Shown here: positions 11,440-24,495 of the stretch, one piece after another
Layout: every line of letters starts with the position of its first letter
How positions within the stretch are numbered: the stretch's first letter is position 1
DNA from: Squalus acanthias
Taxonomy: Eukaryota
DNA: 64,000 bases
NCBI GenBank assembly: GCA_030390025.1
Contig: CM059432.1
Location: forward strand, 58,034,001 to 58,098,000
Reading direction: 5' to 3'
The notes under the pieces: generated by a model
The model's input: the letters and a program-made list of their open reading frames with translations, nothing else
The model's database searches: none
What the model was told of the DNA's origin: nothing
Translations under genes and position numbers: made by a program

Positions 11440-12420
11440 ATTCGTTCCTGGGATGTGAGCGTCGCTGGCAAGGCCAGCATTTATTGCCCATCCCTAATTG
11501 CCCTTGAGAAGGTGGTGGTGAGCCGCTTTCATGAACCGCTGCAGTCCGTGAGGTGAATGTACTCTCATAGTGCTGTTAGGGAGGGAGTTCAAGTATGTTG
11601 ACCCAGTGACGATGAAGTAACGGCGATATATTTCCAATTCAGGATGGTGAGTGACTTGGAGGGGAATTTAGAGGTGATGGTGTTCCTATGTGCCTGCTGC
11701 CCTTGTCCTTCTAGGTAGTAGAGGTCGCGTATTTGGGAGGTGCTGTTGAAGAAGTCTTGGCGAGTTGCTGCAGCATATATTGTAGATGGTACACACTGCA
11801 GCCGGTGGTGGAGGCAGTGAATGTTTAAGGTGTTGGATGGAGTGCCAATCAAGCGGGCTGCTTTGTCCTGAATGGTGTCGAGCTTCTTGGAGCTGCACTC
11901 ATCCAGGCAAGTGGAGAGTATTCCATCACACTTCTGACTTGTGCCTTGTAGATGGTAGAAAGGCTTTGGGGAGTCAGAAGGTGAGTCACTCACCGCAGAA
12001 TACCCAGCCTCTGACCTGCTCTTGAAGCCGCAGTATTTATGTGGCTGGTCTTGTTAAGTTTCTGGTCAATGGTGACCTCCAGGATGTTGATGGTTGTGGA
12101 TTCAGCAATGGTAATCCCGTTGAATATCAAGGGGCGGTGGCTAGACTCTCTTTTATTGGAGATAGTCATTGCCTGGCACTTGTGTGGTGCGAATGTTACT
12201 TGCCACTTATCAGCCCAAGCCTGAATGTTGTCCAGGTCTTGCTGTAAGCGAGCACAGACTGCTTCATCATCTGAGGAGTTGCAAATGGAACTGAACACTA
12301 CAATCATCAGTGAACAACCCCACTTCTGACCTTATGATGAAGGGAACATCATTGATGAAGAAGCTTAAGATGGTTGGGCCTAGGGCACTGCCCTGAGGAA
12401 CTCCTGCAGCGATGCCAGGG
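11440..12420 (-). mobile_element. Degenerate CR1-superfamily LINE of a second lineage (RT C-terminus plus 3' UTR)
   Basis: GVPQGSALGP; LQQDLDNIQAWADKWQVTFAPHKCQ; KLDTIQDKAARLI; frameshifted. Confidence 0.8.
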
Positions 12421-12619
12421 TAAATATGCAGTTTACCCTCTGAAAGAGCTGTTGCTCTTGGCAGATTGTCTGTTATATTTGTGCAGGAGGCATAACAACA
12501 GTTGCATGTAAGCTGAAACATATGATAAATACCTAAAGACATTGTATCATTGCTCATAGGATATTTTTCTACAGGATAAGAAGAAATACAATTTTAAAAA
12601 TGTATAATTTGTAGTGAAG

Positions 12620-13887
12620 CATAGAATCATAGAATGGTTACAGCACCGAAGAAGGCTATTTGGCCCATCGAGGCCGTGCCAGCTCTCTGCAAGAGCACCT
12701 CATCTAGTCCCACTCCCCCGCCCTTTCCCCGTAGCCCTGCAAATTTTTTTCTTTCAGGTACTTATCCAACTCCCTTTTGAAAGCCATGATTGAGTTTGCC
12801 TCTACCATCCTTTCAGGCAGTGCATTCCAGATCTTAACCACTCACTGCGTAAAAAAGTTTTTTCTTATGTCGCCTTTGGTTCTTTTGCCACTCACCTTAA
12901 ATCTGTGTCCTCTGGTTCATGACCCCTCTGCCAAAGGGAACAGTTTCTCTCTATCTACTCTGTCCAGACCCCTCATGATTTTGAACACCTCTATCAAATC
13001 TCCTCTCAATTTTCTCTGCTCTAAGGAGAACAACCCCAGCTTCTCCAGTCTATCCATGCAACTGAAGTCCCTCAGCCCTGGAATCATTCTTGTAAATCTT
13101 TTCTGCACCCTCTCTAAGGTCTTCACATCCTTCCTAAAGTGCGCTGCCCAGAATTGGACACAATACTCCAGTTGAGGCCGAACCAGTGTTTTATACAGGT
13201 TCATCATAATTTCCACGCTTTTGTACTCTATACCTCTATTCATGAAGCCCAGGATCCTGTAAGCTATTTTAACTGCTTTCTCAACCTGCCCTGCCACCTT
13301 CAATGATTTGTGCACATATATCCCTAGGTCTCATGCACCTCCTTTAGGATTGTACCCTTTAGTTTATATTTCCTCTCCTCATTCTTTCTACCAAAATGTA
13401 TCACTTCGCATTTTTCTGCATTAAATTTCATCTGCCACGTGTCCACCCATTCTACCAGCCTGTCTATGTCCTCTTGAAGTCTATCACTATCTTCCTCACT
13501 GTTCACTATACTTCTAAGTTTTGTGTCATCTGCACATTTTGAAATTGTGCACTGTACAGCCACATCCAAGTCATTAATATATACCAAGAAAAGCAGTGGT
13601 CCTAGAACCGACCCCTGGGGAACACCACTGAATACTTTCCTCCAGTCTGAAAAACAACCGTTGACCACTACTCTCTGTCACTTAGCCAATTTTGTATATA
13701 TGCAGCCACTCTCCCTTTTATTCCATAGGCTTCAACTTTACTGGCAAGCCTGTTATGTGGCACTTTGTCGAATGCCTTTTGGAAATCCATGTACACCACG
13801 TCAACCGCATATACCTCATCAACCCTCTCTGTTACCTCGTCAAAAAACTCGATCAAGTTGGTTAAACACGAGTTGCCTTTAACAAAT
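12620..13887 (-). mobile_element. 5'-truncated CR1 LINE
   Basis: RT motifs split over three ORFs; (CATAGAAT)n tail at 12620; same subfamily as 59383-60775. Confidence 0.92.
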
Positions 13888-14769
13888 GGAATGAGATTTT
13901 TGGGCCACCTATACTAATTATTTTGCAATGGATGTACAATGATTTAAAATCTGCAGTCAGATAATTCAGAAGTCAGATCAGTGATCAGACTTGTGACTGC
14001 AATAGACCCAAGATGTGTGAGGTCTTGCATCCACTGAAGTATATCTGTAGACAAATATAAAGCAAATTTTAAAAAGTTCTCTGAGACTTAGCACAGTGTC
14101 CTTTAGATCCAATTGATAAGAATAAGTAATAATAGTGACAGAGGGAAAGAAGAGTTGTGGATGATATTAAACTAATGCTGGTGAATATACAAGAAATCTG
14201 GTTACACAATGCATAAGGACACTCAAACCTGGAGTCCATTCAATGCTACCAAAAACACGGGGGGGAATTTTTACTGCCAAGAGTGAGTGGGTTTGTGAGC
14301 AGGTGGGTGGTTAAAAGCATTGAAATTGACAGCGCGTCAGGAAGCCGGCTCCATCCCACCGACTTCTGCATTTAACTGGAGCACATTCGGCTACGTGCGA
14401 CAAACCCCCTCGGGAAAGGCGGGTTGCCAATTTAAATATGTTAAGAGGTAATTAATAGCTTTTGTAACAGGGGTTTTCAACCTTAGCTGTGGGTCCATGG
14501 GTTTCCTGGGCTTCGTGGACCTAGCCAGTGAAAGCAAGGCAAGAGCACAGCGGCAATTGAGGGGGCTGCTCAAATGACAGGCAAAAAGTCCCATAAGTAC
14601 TGAGACCTGCTTCCTTGCCTAAGTGAAAGGCGTTTGCTCACAGCACTTGTTCTGAGAATTTGCTTTCAGTATTTTACAGGTGATTTCTACTACCTTGGAG
14701 GTGAATTTCACTACTTTGGAAGTCTGTGCGTCTGATATCCAGTTTCCATCTGTCATATATCAGATTAGC

Positions 14770-17596
14770 ATGGGTGCTGCTTATGCTGTTTCACCTTGAA
14801 TCTCAGATGTGGACCAAGATGAGCAGCAGCAGCAACAACACCAGCAACACAGCAGGAGCAGCAGCAGCAACAGCCTTCTCCACACAGACCTGTTGCTCCA
14901 CAGGAGAGAGGGGATGAGCACAGGGGTGCACTTTGCAGGAGGCGATACCCCCAACACAGGGTGCACAGGCAGAGGATCAGCTTCCAGGACATGTCTGAAC
15001 AGCAGTGCCTCAGGAGGCTCAGAGTACCACGTCAGGTCGTGGCAGACATTTGCAGCCTGCTGGGACAAGACCTGCTGCCCAGAGGACCTGGTGGCCACGC
15101 TTTATCAGTGGCTGTCAAAGTGTCCACTGCCCTCAACTTCTTCACCTCAGGATCCTTCCAGGGATCTGCAGGAGAAATTTGCAGGATTTCGCAGTCGGCC
15201 GTAGGTGACCAATGCCATGTCCGCCAGGGCAGGCAGTTATGTACACATTTGTCACCAGTGAAGCCAGTCAGAGTGAGGAGGCGCTCAGGTTTGCGGCTCT
15301 GGCTGGCTTGTCACAGGTGCAGGGCATCTTCGACTGCACACATGTGGCAATCAAGGCACCCGCAGATCACCCAGGAGTGTTTGTGAACTGCAAGGACTTC
15401 CACTGCATCAATGTGCAGCTCATCTGTAACCACAAAAAGATCATCGTGCAGGTGTGTACAAGATTCCCAGGCAGCTGTCATGATGCATTCGTCCTGCGCC
15501 AGTCCACCCTCCCTGAGCTCTTCACACCTCCGAATAGACTTTCCGGCTGGCTGCTTGGAGACAAGGGGTATCCACTAAAGACATGGCTCATGACACCCAT
15601 GAGGAGTCCAAGCAATGAGGCTGAAGAGCGTTACAATCAAAGCCAAATGATGATGAGATGTGTCATTGAGCAAACAATTAGGATGCTGAAGATGCGCTTC
15701 AGGTTCCTCGACAGATCTAGAGGGACCCTTCAATATGCAACAGCCAGGTTCTCCAGAATGATCGTGGAGTGCTCCGCTCTGCACAACATAGCGCAGCAGT
15801 GAGGATTTGTAAGGGGTTCGGTCGTAGGTGCTTGTGCGGGGTTAGGCCTTCGTTGCCTAATACTATTGCTTGCTCTGGTCTCCGGCCAGCCTTGTTGCAA
15901 TAAGCACCTGTGAGTGGTTCGACCCACTCGCCCTTACGGTTCTAACACTGGACTTAGGTGCGAGAGCAGCAATGCAGAGAAAACTCAAATAGACCCGGTT
16001 GAATAGTACGAAATGGAAATCTTTATTGCATAACGTCCAAAATCATGAAGTACATGTCATAAGCACAAATTAACGATAGTATAAGTATACATACATTCAT
16101 AAAACTTGGTCTAGGGTAATGAGGAACGCACGGCACATCGTAAAAAGGGGAACACATTATATTTATCCTTAATAAAACCACCCTCCCCTATCAATACCTA
16201 CACTAATCTAGATTTGTAGGATCGAAAAACATGCTCACCACTCGTGATACTTCGGAGAATTTTAAACGAGGCACTCGGCTTGTTTTGCTGCAACACCTGA
16301 CTGTCACGTGTTGGAAGGGGTCTCTGTACCCCACTTGTTTATCTTCTCTGCTCCGGCTAGCAGGCTGGGCTCCCCGTTGTCATGAAGAACTCGACAGTGC
16401 TCGGGCCCGGCTGTAGAATTCAAAGAAAAGTCTTCCTGTATTGACACCGGTTGTCGATAGAATTCGAAAGAGAGTCTTCCACTGGTTCGGCAGCAACCTG
16501 ATAGAGTTCAAAAATGGTCTTTATATTTACGGGCGCGGTCGGGGTTTACTGACCGCGGCGGCACGTGGATTCTCGTTCTTTTCTTCTCATCTCGTCTTGT
16601 CGGGCCTTCGGGTCCAAAACACCGCTTACCGACGCTCGGGATGGTGCACCCGGTCACTGGCCTTCGTCGGGGCGGCTCGTTCTGCTTGAGCTCCACCCAA
16701 CATTCGAGTAACCGTCCAGCACGGCTAGAGTCCAGAGGCAACAGATGGCTGCTCGTCCAGCAGAATTCAGCCTGAGTCAAGAGTCCGCAGAGATAAGAGC
16801 ACGAATCAAGGGAATAAGAGAATAAGAGAGCGATGGACATTTGTTGTCTATAGTTATAGTGCTGTGTTCCCTTATCTCCCGCTCAAATCTTAATGTTTGT
16901 CCTTTGTGAAATCTTGGCACTCAAAATTCCCAGTATGGGGTGATTCTTGTTTGTAATGGGTTTCGGTAGCACCTGAGACTGGCCAACTACCCGTTAATGT
17001 TTTTCCCATTGTGGAACCGGCTAGGAGCCTCCCTGGCGGGGTTTTGGGGGCCTCCGAATACTTGTGTAAGCACCCGAGAATGGCTCTCTCATTGTAGAGC
17101 CGTGGGGAATTTGCGTATTGATGTATCTGGATGGGCCTTCGATTGCCCAGTACAATGGTCCTTACTTGTGCATGGAAAATGATTCCAGCACTTATATCTC
17201 TTGCTATTGTGTCGAATGCAGACAGGTTGCATCCTGTCTTTATCAGTGTTGGCTGCGTATTAACCAATCTTATACTGAAATGTTTATTCGAACGCCATCT
17301 TGTCTGCCCACTGAAAATTCTGGAAGCTTCTGCCACGAGGCGCGGCGGCCATTTTACAGGCTTCTGTGTCCTGTTTAATCATGACAGCATTTCGTTGAAA
17401 TAAAACTGATGAAACGAATCTGCTTTATCTCGTTATTTCGAATTGCGATAATTGCGAATTTTACAGATTGGAGCTGCAGGAGGAGCAAAGCACAGAGTGC
17501 AGAGCCTCTTCAGAGGAGGAGGAGAGGAGACGGAGCATCATGTGGCCATGGCACATTGCTGCCCGGGGTGGCCTCATAATGGCAAGATTTAGTTAG
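14770..17596 (+). pseudogene. Harbinger DDE transposase (HARBI1-like) pseudogene, split by LTR-like insertion
   Basis: [58 protein letters not shown]; frame resumes GLELQEEQ and ends ARGGLIMARFS* after 17469; frameshifts and stops. Confidence 0.9.
15808..17465 (-). mobile_element. Solo LTR-like element (1658 bp), retrovirus or Gypsy-type, family unidentified
   Basis: TGTAA...TTACA termini; 4-bp TSD GATT (15804-15807, 17466-17469); removal restores transposase collinearity; minus-strand TATA-like site ~16850 and AATAAA ~16025; CpG-rich. Strand inferred from these signals. Confidence 0.8.
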
Positions 17597-18351
17597 ATTG
17601 CACGTGTACACCCATCTGACAGCCACATGCTGAACCCATTTGCCCCTCCCCCTCCCCCAGGCACAAAGCAGTCCAGTAATCAACAAAGCGTCCTTTTCGC
17701 AGACACCCATTGCTCAGATTTAAGTCTTGTCTCACCATTCATCACAAATGAGAAGGCTACTTGCCAGGCAGCAGGCAAAAATGGGAAAGACGGGAAAGTG
17801 GTGCAAAGAAATAATATTTATGTGGCTCATCCAACATATTACGACATGCAACCTCCTGTAGCTTCAGCAGAGGTAGAGGCTGGCTGCTCACATACCTGCT
17901 CTGATTGCTGAGATGTTCTTGGCCGAAATCCTCAAGGTTGCTTTGCTAAAGACTGCTCCACCTGCACCTGTGCAGGGGCAGACACGGCCATCGGGACATG
18001 AGGCAGCATGTCGGGTACTGACTGCGGTGGGGGGCAGGTGGGGGCGCAATGGGTGAGAGGTGGAAGTGCTTTGAGCTGAGTCCCCACTTCCATGTCCCCT
18101 TTCTCCATCTTCCCTCTCATGGCCCACCCTCACTTCCCTGCTAGCAATGAGCTGGAGACCACTTTACTGCACATCAGTGGGGCGCTGAACGGCCAAGGCT
18201 AGGGTTTTATCAATCCTATTTAAGACGGCATTCAGAGTGTGCAAGCCATTGGTGAAGGCCAGCTTGCACGCGTTTGACTGCCGTGTTTGATGCTCCATGC
18301 AGATGGCCACTCTTTCCATGGACAAACACATCATAGCTAAGGCCAACGACA

Positions 18352-20884
18352 TCATAGAAACATAGATGATAGGAGCAGGAGTAGGCCATTCGGCCCCTCG
18401 AGCCTGCTCCGCCATTCAATGAGATCATGGCTGATCATCCAAACTCAGTACCCTGTCTCTGCCTTCTCCCCATATCCCTTGATACCTTTAGCCTTAAGAA
18501 ATATATCTAACTCCTTCTTGAATATATTTACTGACTTGGCCTCAACTGCCTTCTGTGGTAGAGAATTCCACAGGTTCACCACTCTCTGGGTGAAGAAATT
18601 CCTCCTCATCTCTGTCCTAAATGGCTTACCCCTTATCTTTAGACTGTGACATCTTGTTCTGGACTCACCCGCCATCGGGAACATCCTTCCTGCATCCAGT
18701 CTGTCTAGCCCTGTTAGACTTTTATAAGTTTCAATGAGATCTCCTCTCATTCTTCTAAACTCCAGCGAGTATAAGCCCAATCAACCCAATCTCTCCTCGT
18801 ACGTCATTCCTGCCATCCCAGGTATCAGTCTGGTGAATCTTCGCTGCACACCCTCCATGGCAAGAACATCCTTCCTCAGATAAGGCGACCAAAACTGCAC
18901 ACAATACTCAAGGTGTGGTCTCACCAAGGCCCTGTACAGCTGCAGCAAGACATCCTTGTTCCTGTACTCAAACCCTCTCGCTACGAAGGCCAACATACCA
19001 TTTGCCTTCTTAACCGCCTGCTGTACCTGTATGCTTACCTTCAGCGACTGGTGCACAAGGACACCCAGGTCTCGTTGCACTTCCCCTTCTCCCAATCTAT
19101 TGCCGTTCAGATAATAATCTGCCTTTCTGTTTTTGCAGTAAAGTGGATAAACTCGCATTTATCCACATTATACTGCATCTGCCATGCTTCTGCCCAATCA
19201 CCCAACCTGTCCTATTCATACTGGAGTTTCTCGGCATCCTCCTCGCAGCACACACGCCCACCCAGTTTTGTGTCATCTGCAAACTTGGTGATATTACATC
19301 TAGTTCCCTTGTCTAGATCATTAATATATATAGTGAATAGCTGGGGTCCTAGCACCGATCCCTGCGGAACCCCACGAGTCACTGCCTGCCACTCGGAAAA
19401 AGACCCGTTTATTCCAACTCTTTGCTTCCTGTCTGCCAACCAGTTCTCTATCCAAGTCAGTACCTTGCCCCCAATCCCATGTGCCTTAACTTTACACGCT
19501 AATCTCTTATGCGGGACCTTATCGAAAGCCTTCTGAAAGTCCAAATACACCACATCCACTGGTTCTCCCTTATCTATTCTATCAGTTACATCCTCAAAAA
19601 ATTCCAGTAGATTAGTCAAGCACGATTTACCTTTTGTAAATCCATGTTGACTTTGTCCAATCCTGTCACTGTTTTCCAAGTGCTCTGCTATTACATCTTT
19701 TATAATGGACTCTAGCATTTTCCCCACAACCGATGTCAGGCTTACCGGTCTATAATTCCCCGTTTTTTCTTTACCACCTTTTTTGAACAGTGGGGTAACA
19801 TTAGCTACCCTCCAATCCATGAGAACTGTTCCAGAGTCTGTAGAATTTTGGAAGATGACCAGCAATGCATCTACTATTTCTAGGGCCACTTCCTTAAGTA
19901 CCCTAGGATGTAGATTATCAGGCCCTGGGGATTTATCGGCCTTTAATGCCGTCAATTTCCCTAACACCATTTCCCTATAAATACTGATTTCATTCAGTTC
20001 CTCCCTCTCATTAGACCCTATGTTCCCCGACATCTCTGGGAGGTTATTTGTGTTCTCCTTTGTGAAGACAGAGCCAAAGTATGTATTTAATTGATCAGCC
20101 ATTTCTTTGTTCCCCATTATAAATTCCCCTGATTCTGACTGCAAGGGACCTACGCTTGACTTCACCAATCTTTTTCTCTTCACATATCTATAGAAGCTTT
20201 AACAGTCAGTTTTTATGTTCCCTGCAAGCTTACGCTCGTACTCTATTTTCCCTCTCTTAATTAATCCCTTTGTCCTCCTTTGCTGAATCCTAAACTGCTC
20301 CCAATTCTCAGGTTTGCTGCTTTTTCTGGCCAATTTATATGACCTCTCCTTGGATCTTATGCTATCCCTGATTTCCCTTGTCAGCCATAGTTGAGTCACC
20401 TTTTTTGTTTTATTTTTATGCCAGACAGGGATGAACAAATTCTGTAGTTCATCCATGTGATCTTTGAATGTTTGCCATTGCCTATCCACCGTCAACCCTT
20501 TGACTAACATTCCCCAATCTATCCTACCCAACTCGCACCTCATAACATCGTAGTTTCCTTTATTTAAATTCAGCACCCTAGTCTCTGAGTCAACTATTTC
20601 ATTCTCCATCTTAATGAAGAATTCTATCATATTATGATCGCTCCGCCCCAAGGGGCCCCGCACAACAAGATTGCTAATTAATCCTTTCTCGTTACATAAT
20701 ACCCAGTCTAAGATGGCCTGGTCTCTAGTTGGTTCCTCGACATATTGGTCCAGGAAACCATCCCGTATACACTCCAGGAATTCCTCCTCCACAGTATTGT
20801 TACTAATTTGGTTAGCCCAATCTGTACGTAGATTAAAGTCACCCATGATAACTGCTGTGCCCTTATTGCACGCATCTCTAATTT
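18352..20884 (-). mobile_element. 5'-truncated CR1 LINE (endonuclease C-terminus plus RT)
   Basis: MGDFN, LDWVL, SDHNMIEF APE-endonuclease motifs, then RT motifs; few stops/frameshifts; CATAGAAA tail. Confidence 0.95.
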
Positions 20885-22739
20885 AATGCCACTCATGCTT
20901 GAAATGGACTCCTCCAATCTCCCTGCAAGCGTGCAGAGTGCAGCTGGAAATTCTGCCAGTACCTCACACATTTTTTGCTGCTGCTCCAGAATTATCCTCT
21001 TCGTTGACGACCCCCGAGGTTCAGCATCTGCGTCCAGTTGAGCAGAGCTTGGAGCGTCCTGCGCCCTCTGACATGGACTCTCCACTGCTGTCCCTGTCTC
21101 CACCATCTGCTCTTGCTCACTTGTGATGTGTGAGTCACCAGGTTTAAACCCAACTATCTGTTTTACCCACTGACGTGTGAGCATCTGAGCTGGTGCTTTG
21201 TTCTGTGACGGTGCACCCTGAGAGTGTGTGATCTCCTCTGAGGAGTCATCATCCTCCGGACGCTTGATGGGCCTGTGGGAGATTAGAACTGTCTTGGTAA
21301 GAATGTTTTAAGTGAACATTATGCATATCTTTCACTGGCTGCTGACTTCATCAACATGAGTTAGTGTTGTATGCCATGTGGCTGTGTGATATTTAGTTCT
21401 GTCACCAGGAAGCTGGGAGGCCCCCATCTCTCCATCTCCAATCAGCAGTCTGCCGACACTTGGCTTATCTCCAGCGCATCCTCCTTTGCAGCTGTCAGTG
21501 TGGTGATGGCTGGAGGGACACCTCTGGTTCTCTGCCTCTCCCTGGTGTTCTCCGCTCTCTTCTCCTGCACAGAGGGAAAGAGACCTATGAGTGAGAGTAA
21601 TGGAATGTGTTGAATGGATGGCTGGACAACATCTGTTGAGGGTGACTATGAGGGAGAGGCATGACATTGCATTAAGATGAGGCTGAGTGTCAGTGGTGGA
21701 TGGTCAGATGGGGATGTGAGGAAGTGCATAGACAGAGAGGGATGGGTGCACCTGCAAGGTAAGTTGGTGTGGGCAGTGATGTGCAGGGATAGGCTTGGGA
21801 AGGCAGAACGAGGGGGTTGGCATGAAGCGCACAGCAGGATGTAGTTGAATGTGCCAGTGTACTCACCTTTCCTGCCCTCATTAGGTCATTAAAGTGCTTC
21901 TGGCACTGTATCAAGGAGCGTGGCACCATGCTCCTGCTGCTCATTTCCTGAGCTATCTCCAGCCACCTTCTTGGTCTCACTGGCAGGCTTCTTCCTCTCA
22001 TCAACAGGGAATAGTATGGCCAAGATTTTCCGGGGGGTTAGCGGGCGGGATCGGTGGTGGGTCAGGTGGGAGAGGTTTTTTTTGGCAGCGGATCGGGAAC
22101 CCACTGTCAACCATCCACAATGCGCCTTTCCCACTGTCGGGTCTATCAACGCTGAGCAGACCCGACCGGCAGCGGCGGGAGACCTAGTTGAAATCATTAG
22201 CATCTAGTTGACAGATGGCTAACAGGCTTTTTTAACTTACTTTTTAACTTTAACTGCATGTGCCACGGGAACCATGCTGTTCGAGGACCACGTCTGTCAA
22301 CCTGAGGCGGGAGTTCAGTGGCCATTGCTCCAGCATCAAATGTACAGTAAAAGCTCCCACCTAACAGATGATCACTTTCCTCAGGCAGAAGCTGTTTCTC
22401 AGTCCATTTCCAGCGCAGATTCTGCAGGCTGCAGTCTTTCCACTCTCCATCCAGTCTCACCTCATTGGAAGAACTCTCACCATTGACAGAATGCTTCTGT
22501 CATCTCTACTTCACCTGCCATCTTTTCCATCAACATGGGTGCCGTTTATACTGTCTCACCTTGGTCCTCAGAATCTGACCATGATGAGCCCCAACACCAG
22601 CAGCACCAGGCACACCAGCAGCACCAACAACAACACCAACCTTCTCCGCAATCACCTGATGCTGCACTGGACAGAGGGCATCAGCACCCGAGCACATTGC
22701 TGCCCGGGAGGCCAGGGATGGCCTCACCATGGCCAGATA

Positions 22740-24495
22740 TTGCTATTCACATTATATATTAATGATCTAAACAAGGGAACTAGATGTAATGGCCCAGAAA
22801 TTGATCCGGCTGCGCGAGAGTACGCACAGTGTACACTCACGCAGCCAGACTTCAATTGCCGGTTTTCAGCATGCACTGCGCATGCACTGAAAACCGGCAA
22901 TTGATCTTTCGAAAAGGGGGCGGGTCCTCAGTGCACCGCGTGCGCGCTACAGGCTGCGCGCACGCAGTGCACTTCATCGCTTGCGCACGCAGGTAAGTAT
23001 TGAAGAATCTGGAAAAGAAAAAAGGAAGCGCAGGAGACTCTTTTAACCAGGTAAGTACATAATTAAGTAGTATTTAGAATTTTTTTTTACAGGTAAATCT
23101 TTAGTAGCGACTTTAAAGACAGGTAAGTTTATTTTTATAACATTTTAAAAGATTTAAAATTTTTTCAAAAATTTATTTTTTTGTTTAAAAAGGTTAATTT
23201 ATTTAATTACACTTATTTTAATTATGTGATGGGTTTTTTTTTTAATTTAATGGAGGTTTAGCTCTTCTTTTGGGGGCTTGTTGTATTCCTAGTTTTCACA
23301 GCAGTTCAATGGCCGCTGTGAATTCTATGAATGAGAGCTTGGTGTGCTGCCATTGGCTGTAACTCAGTCACGTGATCCCACAGTACGCTCGAACTAACTT
23401 CGCACTGTGGGATCACGATGCACTCGCAGCTGATGGCTGGAACATGAAGTTCCAGCGAGCTGGGACTGAAAAAGCCAACGCGCAGTGAGACATCGCGGGA
23501 AGGGCTTACCCTCGCACGAACCCTCACACTGCAATTTCTGGGCCAATATCTCTAAGTTTGCAGACGACACAAAGCTGGGTGGGCGCGTGTGCTGTGAGGA
23601 GGATGCCGAGAAAATCCAGGATGATTTGGACAGGTTGGGTGACTGGGCAGAAGCATGGCAGATGCAATATAATGTGGATAAATGCGAGGTTATCCACTTT
23701 GGTGTCAAAAACAGGAAGGCAGATTATTATCTGAATGGCAATAGATTGGGAGAAGGGGAAGTGCAACGAGACCTGGGTGTCCTTGTGCACCAGTCGCTGA
23801 AGGTAAGCATGCAGGTGCAGCAGGCGGTTAAGAAGGCAAATGGTATGTTGGCCTTCGTAGCGAGAGGGTTTGAGTACAGGAACAAGGATATCTTGCTACA
23901 GTTGTACAGGGCCTTGGTGAGACCACATCTTGAGTATTGTGTGCAGTTTTGGTCGCCTTATCTGAGGAAGGAGGTTCTTGCCATGGAAGGAGTTCAGCGA
24001 AGATTCACCAGGCTGATACCTGGGATGGCAGGAATGACGTATGAGGAGAGATTGGGTCAACTGGGCTTATACTCGCTGGAGTTTAGAAGAATGAGAGGGG
24101 ATCTGATTGAAACTTATAAAATTCTGAAAGGACTGGACAGACTAGATGCAGGAAGGATGTTCCCAGTGGTCGGGGAGTCCAGAACCAGGGGTCACAGTCT
24201 AAGGATAAGGGGTAAGCCATTTAGGACAGAAATGAGGAGGAATTTCTTCACCCAGAGAGTGGTGAACCTGTGGAATTCTCTACCACAGAAGGCAGTAGAG
24301 GCCAATTCATTAAATATATTCAAGAAGGAGTTGGATATATTTCTTAAGGCTAAAGGGATCAAGGGATATGGGGAGAAAGCAGGGACAGGGTTCTGAATTT
24401 GGATGATCAGCCATGATTGCATTGAATGGCGGAGCAGGCTAGAGGGACCCGAATGGCCTACTCCTGCTCCTATCTTCTATGTTTCTATGTTTCTA
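22740..24495 (+). mobile_element. 5'-truncated CR1 LINE nested in family B copy 2
   Basis: LFTLYINDLNKGTRCN / ISKFADDTK rejoined across MITE; open frame to 24396; (TTCTATGT)n tail. Confidence 0.93.
22791..23544. mobile_element. Harbinger-type MITE (family C) nested in CR1
   Basis: Perfect 13-bp TIR GGCCCAGAAATTG / CAATTTCTGGGCC; TSD AAT; AT-rich core. Confidence 0.92.

Noticed and set aside
14809..15204. Poly-Q host protein
   Set aside because: CAG-rich 5' part of the Harbinger transposase, echoed in family B copies
14961..15802. Domesticated host HARBI1 gene
   Set aside because: Frameshifts, stops, an LTR insertion, a TIR, a convergent Myb gene and multiple paralogous copies show it is a transposon relic
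18913..19536. 207-aa plus-strand ORF and similar antisense ORFs over CR1 copies
   Set aside because: Shadow frames opposite the RT coding sequence
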